From: Methanosphaera stadtmanae DSM 3091
Lineage (GTDB): Archaea; Methanobacteriota; Methanobacteria; Methanobacteriales; Methanobacteriaceae
NCBI RefSeq assembly: GCF_000012545.1
Contig: NC_007681.1
Coordinates: forward strand, 1,200,001-1,232,000
Reading direction: 5' to 3'
DNA length: 32,000 nucleotides
A model generated the notes under the pieces. That model did not search any database. It was not told the origin of the DNA and saw only the letters and a program-made list of their open reading frames with translations. The position numbers were made by a program, and so were the translations under genes. Positions 7,898-17,014 of this stretch are shown here, in pieces (the first letter of the stretch is position 1; every line of letters starts with the position of its first letter).

Positions 7898-8122
7898 TTA
7901 TTCATTTTCTAATTCTTCAAGTAATTCATTCCAAGCATTTAATGATTCTTTTGCTGCTTCTTCTGTTAATACTTCTATAGCATAACCTGAATGTATAAGT
8001 ACATAACTACCTATATCTGCTTCTACTAAATCCAATTTAGCTTCTTGTTTAACTCCTCCAAAATCACAAGTTGCTATATTATCATTAATTTCAACTATTT
8101 TAGCTGGTGCTGCAATACACAT
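7898..8122 (-). CDS. hypC: Hydrogenase maturation protein HypC/HupF
   Basis: The 74-aa product has the diagnostic N-terminus MCIAAPAKIVEI and an acidic C-terminus. A strong AAGGAGGAG SD lies upstream. No other hyp genes are adjacent. Confidence 0.9.
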   Translation of the reverse strand: MCIAAPAKIVEINDNIATCDFGGVKQEAKLDLVEADIGSYVLIHSGYAIEVLTEEAAKESLNAWNELLEELENE

Positions 8123-8400
8123 TTTATACTCCTCCTTATTCTATATCATAATAGATAATAATTATTTATTAAAAAAAAGTTTATTTTTTTAAATCTTGCC
8201 ATTATTATGTTATTTATATATTATTTGTAATATTTAAAGATAAAGTTTACAACAAGTTATGTATAAAAAATTATATATATAAAAAATAATATAACATATA
8301 TGTGATACACTTTAAGATTAATATTATTCTAAATTATTTTCATTTTAAGTACACAAGATAATATTTTTAGAATAAAAAAAATAATTTATAAAGTGATTAA

Positions 8401-9735
8401 ATGATAAAAAATATACAAAAAATCATCAAAGATGATATTTCAGCTGCTTTAAAAAATCCAGTAGTTTTAATTGTATTAATCGCATTAATCATACTTCCAT
8501 CATTATACTCTGTAATAAATATATATGCATGTTGGGATCCATATGAAGATACTGATAACATTAATTTTATCATAGTAAATAATGATAATCCAGTTACAGT
8601 TAATGGAACAACTTATGCTTATGGAGATATGGTTGTTGATGAATTAAAGAATAATTCAAATTTTAATTGGGTTTATAAAGATGAAGATGAAGCTCGAGAA
8701 TCTCTAAAAAATGGAACAGATTATGCAGCCATAATCATACCAGAAGACTTTTCAAAAGACATATTATCAGTTTATTCAGGAAATCCTAAACAAGCAAAGA
8801 TAGAATATCTTGATAATGATAAAACAAGTCCAGTAGCTCCTAAAATAACTTCAAAAGCAGCATCTAATGTAGTAAATGAAATTAATAATAAAATACATGA
8901 GGAATATAATACTAAAAATTACATTAGTTCTAATCCTGTTCTTCTACAACAAGCACAATCAAGTCAAACACAAAATACAACTACTGCAAATACTACTAAT
9001 ACAACAGTTACAAACACAAACAATAGTTTAGCTCAATCAACTTCAATACAAAATGTTAAAAATTATTTCCATGAACCTACAACTTTAAGTAATTATAGTT
9101 ACTATGAAGCTGATACTTATGGTCAACAAGTATCATCATTCTATACAGTTCTTGCTGCATGGGTTGGTGGTATTATACTAGTAGCATTATTAAGTACAAA
9201 ACCTACAGAAAATAAGGAAAAATACAAACCAATTGAAGTATACTTTGGAAAAATAGGATTATTCTCCATAATGAGTATATTACAAGCAATTGTTACATTT
9301 ATAGCATTGAGTTTATTAGGTATTCCAATGAGTAACAGTGTTTTAATGTTAGGTTGTATGATACTAATAGGTTTGTCTTTTACAGCGATAATCTATTCAC
9401 TAGTATCAGTATTTGGTAATGTAGGTAAAGCTATAGCTTTAATAATATTAGTATTCCAAATATCTGGAACTAATGGTATTTATCCTATAGAAATTATGTC
9501 TACATTATTCCAAACAATAATGCCTTACTTACCAATGACATATGCAATTTTAATATTAAAAGATGCTATCTTTGGAGTTGTATGGCCATCATTCATAAGA
9601 AATGTACTTTGTTTAATTATATTCCCACTATGTGCAGTGGCTTTAAGTATTGTAGTTAAAGAAAAATTAGATAAAAGTAGTAAATTCTTTGAAGAAAAAC
9701 TTGATGAAAGTAATTTATTTGAATTAAGAAAATAA
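8401..9735 (+). CDS. YhgE/Pip-domain membrane protein (ABC-2 permease-like topology)
   Basis: An N-terminal TM helix is followed by SLYSVINIYACWDPYEDTDNINFIIVNND, which fits the YhgE/Pip N-terminal signature. A large extracytoplasmic domain follows, then about 5 C-terminal TM helices. An Asn/Thr-rich linker is encoded at nt ~8956-9030. Confidence 0.75.
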   Translation: MIKNIQKIIKDDISAALKNPVVLIVLIALIILPSLYSVINIYACWDPYEDTDNINFIIVNNDNPVTVNGTTYAYGDMVVDELKNNSNFNWVYKDEDEARESLKNGTDYAAIIIPEDFSKDILSVYSGNPKQAKIEYLDNDKTSPVAPKITSKAASNVVNEINNKIHEEYNTKNYISSNPVLLQQAQSSQTQNTTTANTTNTTVTNTNNSLAQSTSIQNVKNYFHEPTTLSNYSYYEADTYGQQVSSFYTVLAAWVGGIILVALLSTKPTENKEKYKPIEVYFGKIGLFSIMSILQAIVTFIALSLLGIPMSNSVLMLGCMILIGLSFTAIIYSLVSVFGNVGKAIALIILVFQISGTNGIYPIEIMSTLFQTIMPYLPMTYAILILKDAIFGVVWPSFIRNVLCLIIFPLCAVALSIVVKEKLDKSSKFFEEKLDESNLFELRK

Positions 9736-9759
9736 TTCAAATATCTTATTATTCTTTTT

Positions 9760-10263
9760 TTAATATAATGAAACTTTTGAAACACCCTCTATTTTTAATA
9801 ATAATTGAATTAAATCACCATTTACAGGTTTATCTGTAATGATTGTTAAGTGAGGTGTTAAATCTATTTCAGGATCACTTGCATAAGCTTGTCTAATACT
9901 TATTTTTTCATATGCTAATAATTCTGTTACTTTACTTAATATTCCAGGTTTATTTGCTTCTCCTTCAATCTCTATTACTCCTAAACCCAAGGTGTCTGAT
10001 AAATTAGTTAAAAGAGCACCTGATGAATATATATTTGTAAAAATATTTTTTAAAATATCATCCTTTAATATATTCTCAATTGTTGATGTTACTACTCTTC
10101 TATCTGTATCTACTGATTTTGCAAGTGAGGATATGTTTATTTCAACATCTTTACAATATATTTTTTTATCTTCATCCACTTTTAATCCTAATTCAAGCAT
10201 TTTTCTTATAATTTTTTGTTGAGAAGGATATTTATCAAATTTTTCAAGTATATCTTTCCACAT
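9760..10263 (-). CDS. ACT-domain regulator of amino-acid metabolism (COG2150-like); TrpY-like by position
   Basis: The N-terminal part of the 167-aa product is HTH-like (PSQQKIIRKMLELGLKVDE). The C-terminal part is ACT-like (GVIEIEGEANKPGILSKVTELLAYEKISIRQAYASDPE). It is transcribed divergently from trpE across a 148-bp control region. This is the arrangement I recall for trpY-trpEGCFBAD in Methanothermobacter. Confidence 0.65.
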   Translation of the reverse strand: MWKDILEKFDKYPSQQKIIRKMLELGLKVDEDKKIYCKDVEINISSLAKSVDTDRRVVTSTIENILKDDILKNIFTNIYSSGALLTNLSDTLGLGVIEIEGEANKPGILSKVTELLAYEKISIRQAYASDPEIDLTPHLTIITDKPVNGDLIQLLLKIEGVSKVSLY

Positions 10264-10329
10264 TGTAATTAATTCCCTTTTTTTTATCTATATAATAAAT
10301 ATGTATTGATGTTTAATATATACGTTTAA

Positions 10330-10345
10330 TGTATAAATTTATACA
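10330..10345. promoter_or_regulatory. Perfect 16-bp palindrome TGTATAAATTTATACA between the divergent trpY-like and trpE promoters (candidate operator)
   Basis: I checked it base by base and it is self-complementary. The half sites TGTATA/TATACA resemble the TGTACA TRP boxes I recall for TrpY. Confidence 0.5.
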
Positions 10346-10352
10346 CTATAAC

Positions 10353-10360
10353 TTTATATA
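10353..10360 (+). promoter_or_regulatory. Candidate trp operon TATA box (TTTATATA)
   Basis: It is a canonical archaeal TATA octamer about 40-50 nt upstream of the SD (AGGTGAT, 10391-10397) and the first start codons. AGTACATTGATGT follows it immediately. Confidence 0.5.
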
Positions 10361-10411
10361 GTACATTGATGTAATATCTAATATAGACAAAGGTGATATA
10401 AATGAAAAAGA

Positions 10412-11782
10412 GTGAATGTTTTTGGCGACTTAAAAAAGCTAATTAAAAAACCAACAACTAAAAAAATTGAAATAGACAATCCAGTAAAACTATTTAAAAA
10501 CCTATATTATAACTACAAAGACACATTTTTACTTGAATCCATGGAATCAGATAGTGGACTAGCAAGATATTCAATAATAGGATTTAATCCAGTAGCAAAA
10601 ATAAAAGCACATGATCATAATGTAACTATTACAACAGATACATATACATTTGAATATACTTCAGACAACCCATTACTTGACATAAAAACATTGATTAAAA
10701 ATGATTTTAAAGAAGAAGGATTTAGAGGAGGATTACTTGGATATGTTTCATATGAATCAATTAAATATTTTGAAAATGTACCAACACATAAAAGTATCTA
10801 TCCTGACTTTGAATTTGGACTATTTCTAGATTGTATTGTATATGATAATATACATAAAACATGTGAATACACAACATTAAATGAAGATAGAAGTGATCTA
10901 ATTAAAAGAATATACCAAGAAGAACATACAAATGGAATTCTTGAATATAAATTAATACAAGAAGATTTTACACAAGATGAATATGAAAATGCAGTAGATG
11001 AAACTAAAAATCTAATTACTGATGGTGAAATATTCCAAGCTGTAATTTCAAACTCTGAAAATCTTGTTCTTAAAGGAAGTAAACTTCCCTTATATGAACA
11101 CCTAAGAAAAATAAACCCATCTCATTACATGTATCATATAAAATTAGACCAAAGAGAAATTATTGGTTCAAGTCCTGAAATGTTAATGAGACTGGAAAAA
11201 GGTACTGTTGAATCATATCCTATTGCAGGTACAAGGCCAAGAGGAAAAAATAAACAAGAAGACGAAGAGTTAGAAAAATCCTTACTAAATGATGAAAAAG
11301 AATTAGCAGAACATTTAATGCTAGTTGATTTAGCTCGTAACGATATTGGAAAAATCAGTAAAAGCAACACTGTTAAACTTGAAGAATTCTATGGTATTAG
11401 AAAATTTTCACATGTACAACATATAGTATCACATGTAACTGGTAAATTAAATGACAATTTAGATGCCATTGATGCATTCATGTCATTATTCCCTGCTGGA
11501 ACATTAAGTGGAGCTCCAAAAATAAGAGCAATGGAAATTATAAATCAAAAAGAAAAATATGCAAGAGGACCATATGGTGGTGCAGTAGGATATTTCTCAT
11601 TAAATGGTAATGCAGACTTCGCTATTACAATAAGAACATTAACTACCAATGACAATAGGGCAGAAATACAAGCTGGTGCAGGAATTGTATATGATTCAAT
11701 ACCTCAATCAGAATATGAAGAATGTAGAAGAAAAAGACAGGCACTTTTTCAAGCTCTTAAAGAATCAGGGAGTGAAATATGA
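10412..11782 (+). CDS. trpE: Anthranilate synthase component I
   Basis: The 456-aa product has FLLES near the N-terminus, SSPEMLMR, GTRPRG, LMLVDLARND and GPYGGAVGY. The start is uncertain: the frame opens at GTG 10412, while the SD-proximal ATG at 10402 is in another frame (see findings). Confidence 0.9.
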   Translation: MNVFGDLKKLIKKPTTKKIEIDNPVKLFKNLYYNYKDTFLLESMESDSGLARYSIIGFNPVAKIKAHDHNVTITTDTYTFEYTSDNPLLDIKTLIKNDFKEEGFRGGLLGYVSYESIKYFENVPTHKSIYPDFEFGLFLDCIVYDNIHKTCEYTTLNEDRSDLIKRIYQEEHTNGILEYKLIQEDFTQDEYENAVDETKNLITDGEIFQAVISNSENLVLKGSKLPLYEHLRKINPSHYMYHIKLDQREIIGSSPEMLMRLEKGTVESYPIAGTRPRGKNKQEDEELEKSLLNDEKELAEHLMLVDLARNDIGKISKSNTVKLEEFYGIRKFSHVQHIVSHVTGKLNDNLDAIDAFMSLFPAGTLSGAPKIRAMEIINQKEKYARGPYGGAVGYFSLNGNADFAITIRTLTTNDNRAEIQAGAGIVYDSIPQSEYEECRRKRQALFQALKESGSEI

Positions 11783-12354
11783 TGATATTAATTATAGATA
11801 ACTATGATTCTTTTACATACAATCTATATCAGTTAGTGGGAAAATATACTGATGATGTTGAAGTTGTAAGAAACAATGAAATAACAATTGATGAAATAGA
11901 AAAAATGAATCCTAGCCATATTATACTATCACCAGGTCCTGGAAATCCAACAAAAAGTAGAGATTTTGGAATTTGTGGAGATATAATTAGTAACTTTAAG
12001 AAAACACCAATTTTAGGTGTATGTTTAGGACACCAAGGAATATTTTCAAAATATGGTGGAAAAATTTCAAAAAATAAACCTGTTCATGGAAAAAAAGACA
12101 GTATCATACATGAAGATTCTCCACTTTTTAAAGACATTCAAAAGGAATTTGAGATTGTTAGATATCATTCATTAATATGTGATGATACATCCATACCAAA
12201 GAATTTAAAAGTTACAAGTTATACTAGGGACAATATTATCATGTCAATTGAGCATGTAAATTATCCAACCTATGGTATTCAATTTCATCCAGAATCAATT
12301 GGAAGTTCATATGGTGATACTATAATCAAAAATTTCTTAAGTATTAATGGATGA
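11779..12354 (+). CDS. trpG: Anthranilate synthase component II (glutamine amidotransferase)
   Basis: It has LIIDNYDSFTYNL, the catalytic GVCLGHQ and FHPES. The ATGA overlap with the trpE stop indicates coupling. Confidence 0.9.
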   Translation: MMILIIDNYDSFTYNLYQLVGKYTDDVEVVRNNEITIDEIEKMNPSHIILSPGPGNPTKSRDFGICGDIISNFKKTPILGVCLGHQGIFSKYGGKISKNKPVHGKKDSIIHEDSPLFKDIQKEFEIVRYHSLICDDTSIPKNLKVTSYTRDNIIMSIEHVNYPTYGIQFHPESIGSSYGDTIIKNFLSING

Positions 12355-12360
12355 TCTAAT

Positions 12361-13152
12361 ATGAATGTTATAGATAGAATAATAGAAAATAAAAAAGTAA
12401 CACTCACACAAACTAAAAAACAAAAACCCCTAGAAAAACTTAAAGAAGAGGCAATTGACATAGTTTCTACAAAAACAAAGTTATTTAGATTTCAAGAAAA
12501 ACTAAAAAATAAAACAACACAACTCATTGCAGAATACAAACCTGCAAGTCCATCAAAAGGAAATATCAGTACATTAAAAGCAGAAGATGTTATTCCAATA
12601 TATGATAAAAATAACGTAGACATGATGTCAATTTTAACTGAAGAAACATACTTTAAAAGTAATCTAAAAAATTTTAACATAGCAAACAACTTAACAAACA
12701 AACCATTACTTAGAAAAGATTTTATTATAGATGAATACATGATCTATGAAGCTGCTGTTAATAATGCTAGTGGAATATTATTAATAAGTGGAATCTGTCC
12801 TAATATAGAAGAATATTTGAATATTTCTAGAAATCTTGGATTAGATGCAGTAGTTGAATGTCATACATTAGAGGATATTGAATCTGTAGTAGATTATAAC
12901 CCTGAAATTATTGGTATAAACAATAGAAATCTAGATGATTTTACTATTAATCTTAAAACAACAAAAGAATTAAAAAAATATGTTCCAAACTACTTAATAT
13001 CAGAAAGTGGAGTAAAAACCATAGAAGATGCTAAAAAATTAAAGGAATATGGAGCAGATGGTATTTTAATAGGAACAAGTATCCTACAAAACAACACAGA
13101 AAAAGAAATTGAAAAATTTATTGAAAACCTAATTAACGTCCTAAAAAAATAA
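12361..13152 (+). CDS. trpC: Indole-3-glycerol-phosphate synthase
   Basis: It has IAEYKPASPSKG, LRKDFIIDEYMIYEA, GINNRNL and SESG. Its position in the trp operon agrees. Confidence 0.9.
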   Translation: MNVIDRIIENKKVTLTQTKKQKPLEKLKEEAIDIVSTKTKLFRFQEKLKNKTTQLIAEYKPASPSKGNISTLKAEDVIPIYDKNNVDMMSILTEETYFKSNLKNFNIANNLTNKPLLRKDFIIDEYMIYEAAVNNASGILLISGICPNIEEYLNISRNLGLDAVVECHTLEDIESVVDYNPEIIGINNRNLDDFTINLKTTKELKKYVPNYLISESGVKTIEDAKKLKEYGADGILIGTSILQNNTEKEIEKFIENLINVLKK

Positions 13153-13168
13153 AAAGAAGGTATTGAAT

Positions 13169-13846
13169 ATGACACCTAAGATAAAAGTATGTGGTATAAC
13201 AAATAGAGATGATTTAAAGAAAATTGAAAAATTAAATGTTAACCACGTAGGTTTTATAAATATTGAAAGATCAAGTAGAAATATTTCATTAGATGAAATA
13301 ACTTATCTTAAAAAAAGTTTATCAGATAAGAACTTAGCAACATTAGTACTCGAACCAAATAATGCTTATGAAGCATTACTTAAAGCTAATAGAAGTGAAA
13401 TATTTAACATACAACTACATTCACTCACCTGTTTTGATATTCGATATTTAATCTGGTTAAATCAGTACCATAATGGACAACGTCTTAATATCACCAAAGC
13501 AATAGGATTAAAAGATAAAATAGATACTGAAAAGAAAAAAGAAATTAGAAATCATTGTTTATACTCTGATAATATAATATTTGATTATGTTAAAGATGGC
13601 CTAACTGGTGGAACAAATACTTATATACCAATTGAAACTGCTATTAAAGCAAGTAGATTAGTTAAACAATATGATCCAAGAACTGAAGTTACATTAGCTG
13701 GAGGATTAAATTTAAACTACCTTGAAGAAATAAAAAATAAATTACATTATTTTGATAGAATAGATCTAAATAGTGGAGTAGAAGAAAAGCCTGGAAAGAA
13801 AAATATAAAAAAAATTAAAGAGATTATTAAATTAATTGAAGAATGA
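13169..13846 (+). CDS. trpF: Phosphoribosylanthranilate isomerase
   Basis: [11 protein letters not shown] is the typical TrpF N-terminus. The track ORF starts at TTG 13163. The ATG at 13169 has an AGAAGG SD 8 nt upstream. The sequence is somewhat divergent and long for TrpF. Confidence 0.8.
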   Translation: MTPKIKVCGITNRDDLKKIEKLNVNHVGFINIERSSRNISLDEITYLKKSLSDKNLATLVLEPNNAYEALLKANRSEIFNIQLHSLTCFDIRYLIWLNQYHNGQRLNITKAIGLKDKIDTEKKKEIRNHCLYSDNIIFDYVKDGLTGGTNTYIPIETAIKASRLVKQYDPRTEVTLAGGLNLNYLEEIKNKLHYFDRIDLNSGVEEKPGKKNIKKIKEIIKLIEE

Positions 13847-13853
13847 ATGTGAT

Positions 13854-15038
13854 ATGATGAAATATGAAGGAAAATTTGGAAAATATGGTGGTATCTTTGT
13901 ACCAGAATTATTAATACCTGCAATTGAAGAATTAGAAGAAGCATTCTACAAATTCAAAGATGATGAAGAATTTATGAATGAATTACATTTTTATCTTAAA
14001 GAATTTGCTTCTAGACCTACAGGCCTATATTATGCAGAAAATCTTTCAAATGAATTGGGATGTAAAATATATCTTAAAAGAGAAGATTTACTCCACACTG
14101 GTGCTCATAAAATAAACAATGCTATTGGACAAGGATTACTAGCAAAGTACATGGGTAAAACCGAATTAATAGCAGAAACTGGTGCTGGACAACATGGAAT
14201 TGCAACTGCAGTAATTGGAGCTAAATTAGGATTGAAAGTAAAAATATTCATGGGATCTAAGGATGTTGAACGTCAAAAACTAAATGTATTCCGTATGGAA
14301 TTATCAGGAGCCGAAGTAATTCCTGTTGATATGGGATCTAAAACCTTAAAAGATTCAATTAATGAAGCTTTCAGATACTGGATTTCCAACCTTGATACTA
14401 GTCATTATCTGATTGGAACAACAATGGGACCACATCCATATCCTTCAATGGTGAAATTTTTCCAAAGTGTTATAGGAAAAGAAGCACGTGAACAAATACT
14501 TGAAAAAGAAAATAAACTTCCAGATACTGTTATAGCATGTGTTGGTGGAGGAAGTAATTCCATAGGTATTTTTAGTGGATTTGTTGATGATGAAGATGTG
14601 GATCTTATTGGTGTTGAAGCAGCAGGTGATGGAATAGATACCAATGAACATGGAGCTACTTTAACTAAGGGAACTGAAGGTATACTTCATGGATCATTAT
14701 CTATTGTATTACAAGATGAAGATGGACAAATTAATGATACAAGTAGTGTTTCTGCAGGTTTAGACTATCCTGGAGTTGGACCAGAACATGCTTATTTACA
14801 AAGTAGTGGTAGAGCAAAATATGTTCCTATTACAGATAAAGAAGCTTTAAATGCCTTTAGATTATTATGTGAAACTGAAGGAATTATACCTGCATTAGAA
14901 AGTTCACATGCAGTAGCATATGCTGTTAAATATGCAAAACAAGAAGAAAATAAAGGAAAAACTATCATTGTAAACTTATCAGGTCGTGGAGATAAGGATA
15001 TGTTTACTGTAGCAAAAGAATTAGGGGTATCAATATGA
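13854..15038 (+). CDS. trpB: Tryptophan synthase beta chain
   Basis: It has [22 protein letters not shown] (the PLP-binding Lys), ETGAGQHG and GGGSNSIG. The track ORF starts at TTG 13836 inside trpF. The first ATG after the trpF stop is at 13854. Confidence 0.9.
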   Translation: MMKYEGKFGKYGGIFVPELLIPAIEELEEAFYKFKDDEEFMNELHFYLKEFASRPTGLYYAENLSNELGCKIYLKREDLLHTGAHKINNAIGQGLLAKYMGKTELIAETGAGQHGIATAVIGAKLGLKVKIFMGSKDVERQKLNVFRMELSGAEVIPVDMGSKTLKDSINEAFRYWISNLDTSHYLIGTTMGPHPYPSMVKFFQSVIGKEAREQILEKENKLPDTVIACVGGGSNSIGIFSGFVDDEDVDLIGVEAAGDGIDTNEHGATLTKGTEGILHGSLSIVLQDEDGQINDTSSVSAGLDYPGVGPEHAYLQSSGRAKYVPITDKEALNAFRLLCETEGIIPALESSHAVAYAVKYAKQEENKGKTIIVNLSGRGDKDMFTVAKELGVSI

Positions 15039-15844
15039 GTATGAAAACATATACAGAAGTTTTTAAAAAATCTAAGGAAAATAATGAAGGAATATTCATA
15101 CCATTTCTAGTGGCAGGAGATCCTGACTATGACACATCGTTAGAAATTGCTAAAACATTGGTTGATAATGGTGCAGATGCTCTTGAAATCGGTTTTCCAT
15201 TTTCAGATCCAGTAGCTGATGGAAAAAGTGTTCAAAATGCAGACATTCGTGCATTTAACAGTGGTATGAACATTAAAAAATGTATTAAATTCCTAAAACA
15301 ATTACGTGAATATACTGATAAACCATTTGGTTTACTATTATATTATAATCTAGTTTATAATTATGGAATTGATGCATTTTATAAGAAATTAAGTGAAATT
15401 GGAGTTAATGCCGTATTAATTGCAGATTTACCACCTGAAGAAGCAGATGATGTAATTGAAGCTTCTAACAAATATAATATAGAAGAAATTTTCATTGTAT
15501 CACAAGCAACAAACAATGATAGATTAAAAATGATTACAGAAATTGTTGGTGGATTTATCTATGTTGCATCAGTTATGGGAACAACTGGTGCTAGATCAAA
15601 TGTGGAACATAATACTACAGATTTAATAAAAAGAATTCGTAAACACACAGATATTCCATTATGTGTAGGATTTGGTATTTCACAACCAGAACATGTAAAA
15701 GAAGTGTTAGACGCTGGTGCAGATGGTGCTATTGTTGGTAGTGCATTGATTAATATTATTGAAGATAACTTAGATAATGAAGATGTTATGTTTGGATGTA
15801 TAGCTGAATATATACAAAGTATGAAAGATGCTACAAAAAGGTAA
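15035..15844 (+). CDS. trpA: Tryptophan synthase alpha chain
   Basis: It has [24 protein letters not shown] and GFGIS. The ATGA overlap with the trpB stop and a GGGGT SD 6 nt upstream support the start. Confidence 0.9.
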   Translation: MSMKTYTEVFKKSKENNEGIFIPFLVAGDPDYDTSLEIAKTLVDNGADALEIGFPFSDPVADGKSVQNADIRAFNSGMNIKKCIKFLKQLREYTDKPFGLLLYYNLVYNYGIDAFYKKLSEIGVNAVLIADLPPEEADDVIEASNKYNIEEIFIVSQATNNDRLKMITEIVGGFIYVASVMGTTGARSNVEHNTTDLIKRIRKHTDIPLCVGFGISQPEHVKEVLDAGADGAIVGSALINIIEDNLDNEDVMFGCIAEYIQSMKDATKR

Positions 15845-15849
15845 TTAGA

Positions 15850-16899
15850 ATGATTAGTGAAGTATTAGATGATATTATTGATAAAAATCGAAATTTAACA
15901 GTTGATGAAGCTTATGAATGTATGGATGATTTAGTTAGTGGAAATTATCCTAATGTAGTTGTATCATCATTTTTAACTGCTCTTAGAATGAAAGGTGAAA
16001 CTATTGATGAAATCACTGGTTTAACTAGAAGTATGAAAAATCATGCAGTGCAAATTGATTATAAACCAGAAGATTATCTTATAGAAACCTGTGGTACTGG
16101 TGGAGATACATTTAAAACATTTAATGTAAGTACTGTTGCATCTATTATTGCTAGTGCTGGTGGAGCTAAAATATCCAAACATGGAAATAGAAGTGTTAGT
16201 AGTAAATTTGGTGGAGCAGATGCTCTTGAAGCTTTAGGTGTTAATATTGAATTAAGTCCTGAGAAAGTAATTAATTCTATTGATAAATGCAACTTTGCAT
16301 TTATATTTGCACCCATATATCATGTTGCTACAAAGAATGTTATGATGATTAGAAAACAGTTGAAAACTAGAACTGTTTTTAATTTATTAGGTCCAATTTC
16401 ATGTCCTACAAATGTTAATGCTAGATTAACTGGAATTTATGATCCAGAACTTCTTGAAACAATTGCAAAGGTTGCTATGAATCTTGGAGTAGAATGTGGT
16501 ATGATAGTACATGGATTTGATGAAAATGGAAATCCAGCTATGGATGAAATATCAAATATTGGAAAAACAAAAGTAGCTTTTATTGATAATGGAGACATTA
16601 CTGTTAAATATATTACTCCAGAAGATTTTGGTCTAAGTTTTTCAAAACCTGAAGATATTGTTGCACCTGAAACTCCCCAAGAACACATACAGATTATATA
16701 TAACATATTAAATAATGTTACTACAACATCACAAGATAGAGCACGACTTGATTTATGTTTAATGAATTCTGCAAGTATATTATATCTTACTAAAAAGGTA
16801 GATTCATTAGAAGAAGGAGTTATTTATTCAAGAAAGTTAATTGAAGATGGTAGTGCTAAAAAACAATTAGAAAAAATAATTAAATATAGTAATGAATAA
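15850..16899 (+). CDS. trpD: Anthranilate phosphoribosyltransferase
   Basis: It has ETCGTGGDTFKTFNVST, KHGNRSVSSKFGGADALEALG and FNLLGP. It is the last gene of the trpEGCFBAD order, and oligo-T tracts follow it. Confidence 0.9.
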   Translation: MISEVLDDIIDKNRNLTVDEAYECMDDLVSGNYPNVVVSSFLTALRMKGETIDEITGLTRSMKNHAVQIDYKPEDYLIETCGTGGDTFKTFNVSTVASIIASAGGAKISKHGNRSVSSKFGGADALEALGVNIELSPEKVINSIDKCNFAFIFAPIYHVATKNVMMIRKQLKTRTVFNLLGPISCPTNVNARLTGIYDPELLETIAKVAMNLGVECGMIVHGFDENGNPAMDEISNIGKTKVAFIDNGDITVKYITPEDFGLSFSKPEDIVAPETPQEHIQIIYNILNNVTTTSQDRARLDLCLMNSASILYLTKKVDSLEEGVIYSRKLIEDGSAKKQLEKIIKYSNE

Positions 16900-17014
16900 C
16901 TAAACTCTTTTTTACTTTTTTTTAAAAAAAATATTTTTTATAACAAATATCATGTAATAAAAAGAATATATTATACTATAGATATACTTTTTTATTTAAA
17001 ATAAAATTAAAGAA

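Noticed and set aside
7881-7905. Similarity between the sequence just 3' of hypC (AAAAAAGAATGAAGAATTTATTCAT) and that just 3' of MurG-like paralog B (18351-18377, AAAAAAGAAGAATGAAGATTTATTTCAT)
   Set aside because: The match is only about 20 nt of A/T-rich sequence spanning stop codons and A-tracts. It does not correspond to the paralog A/B duplication boundaries, so it is likely chance or generic terminator-context similarity.
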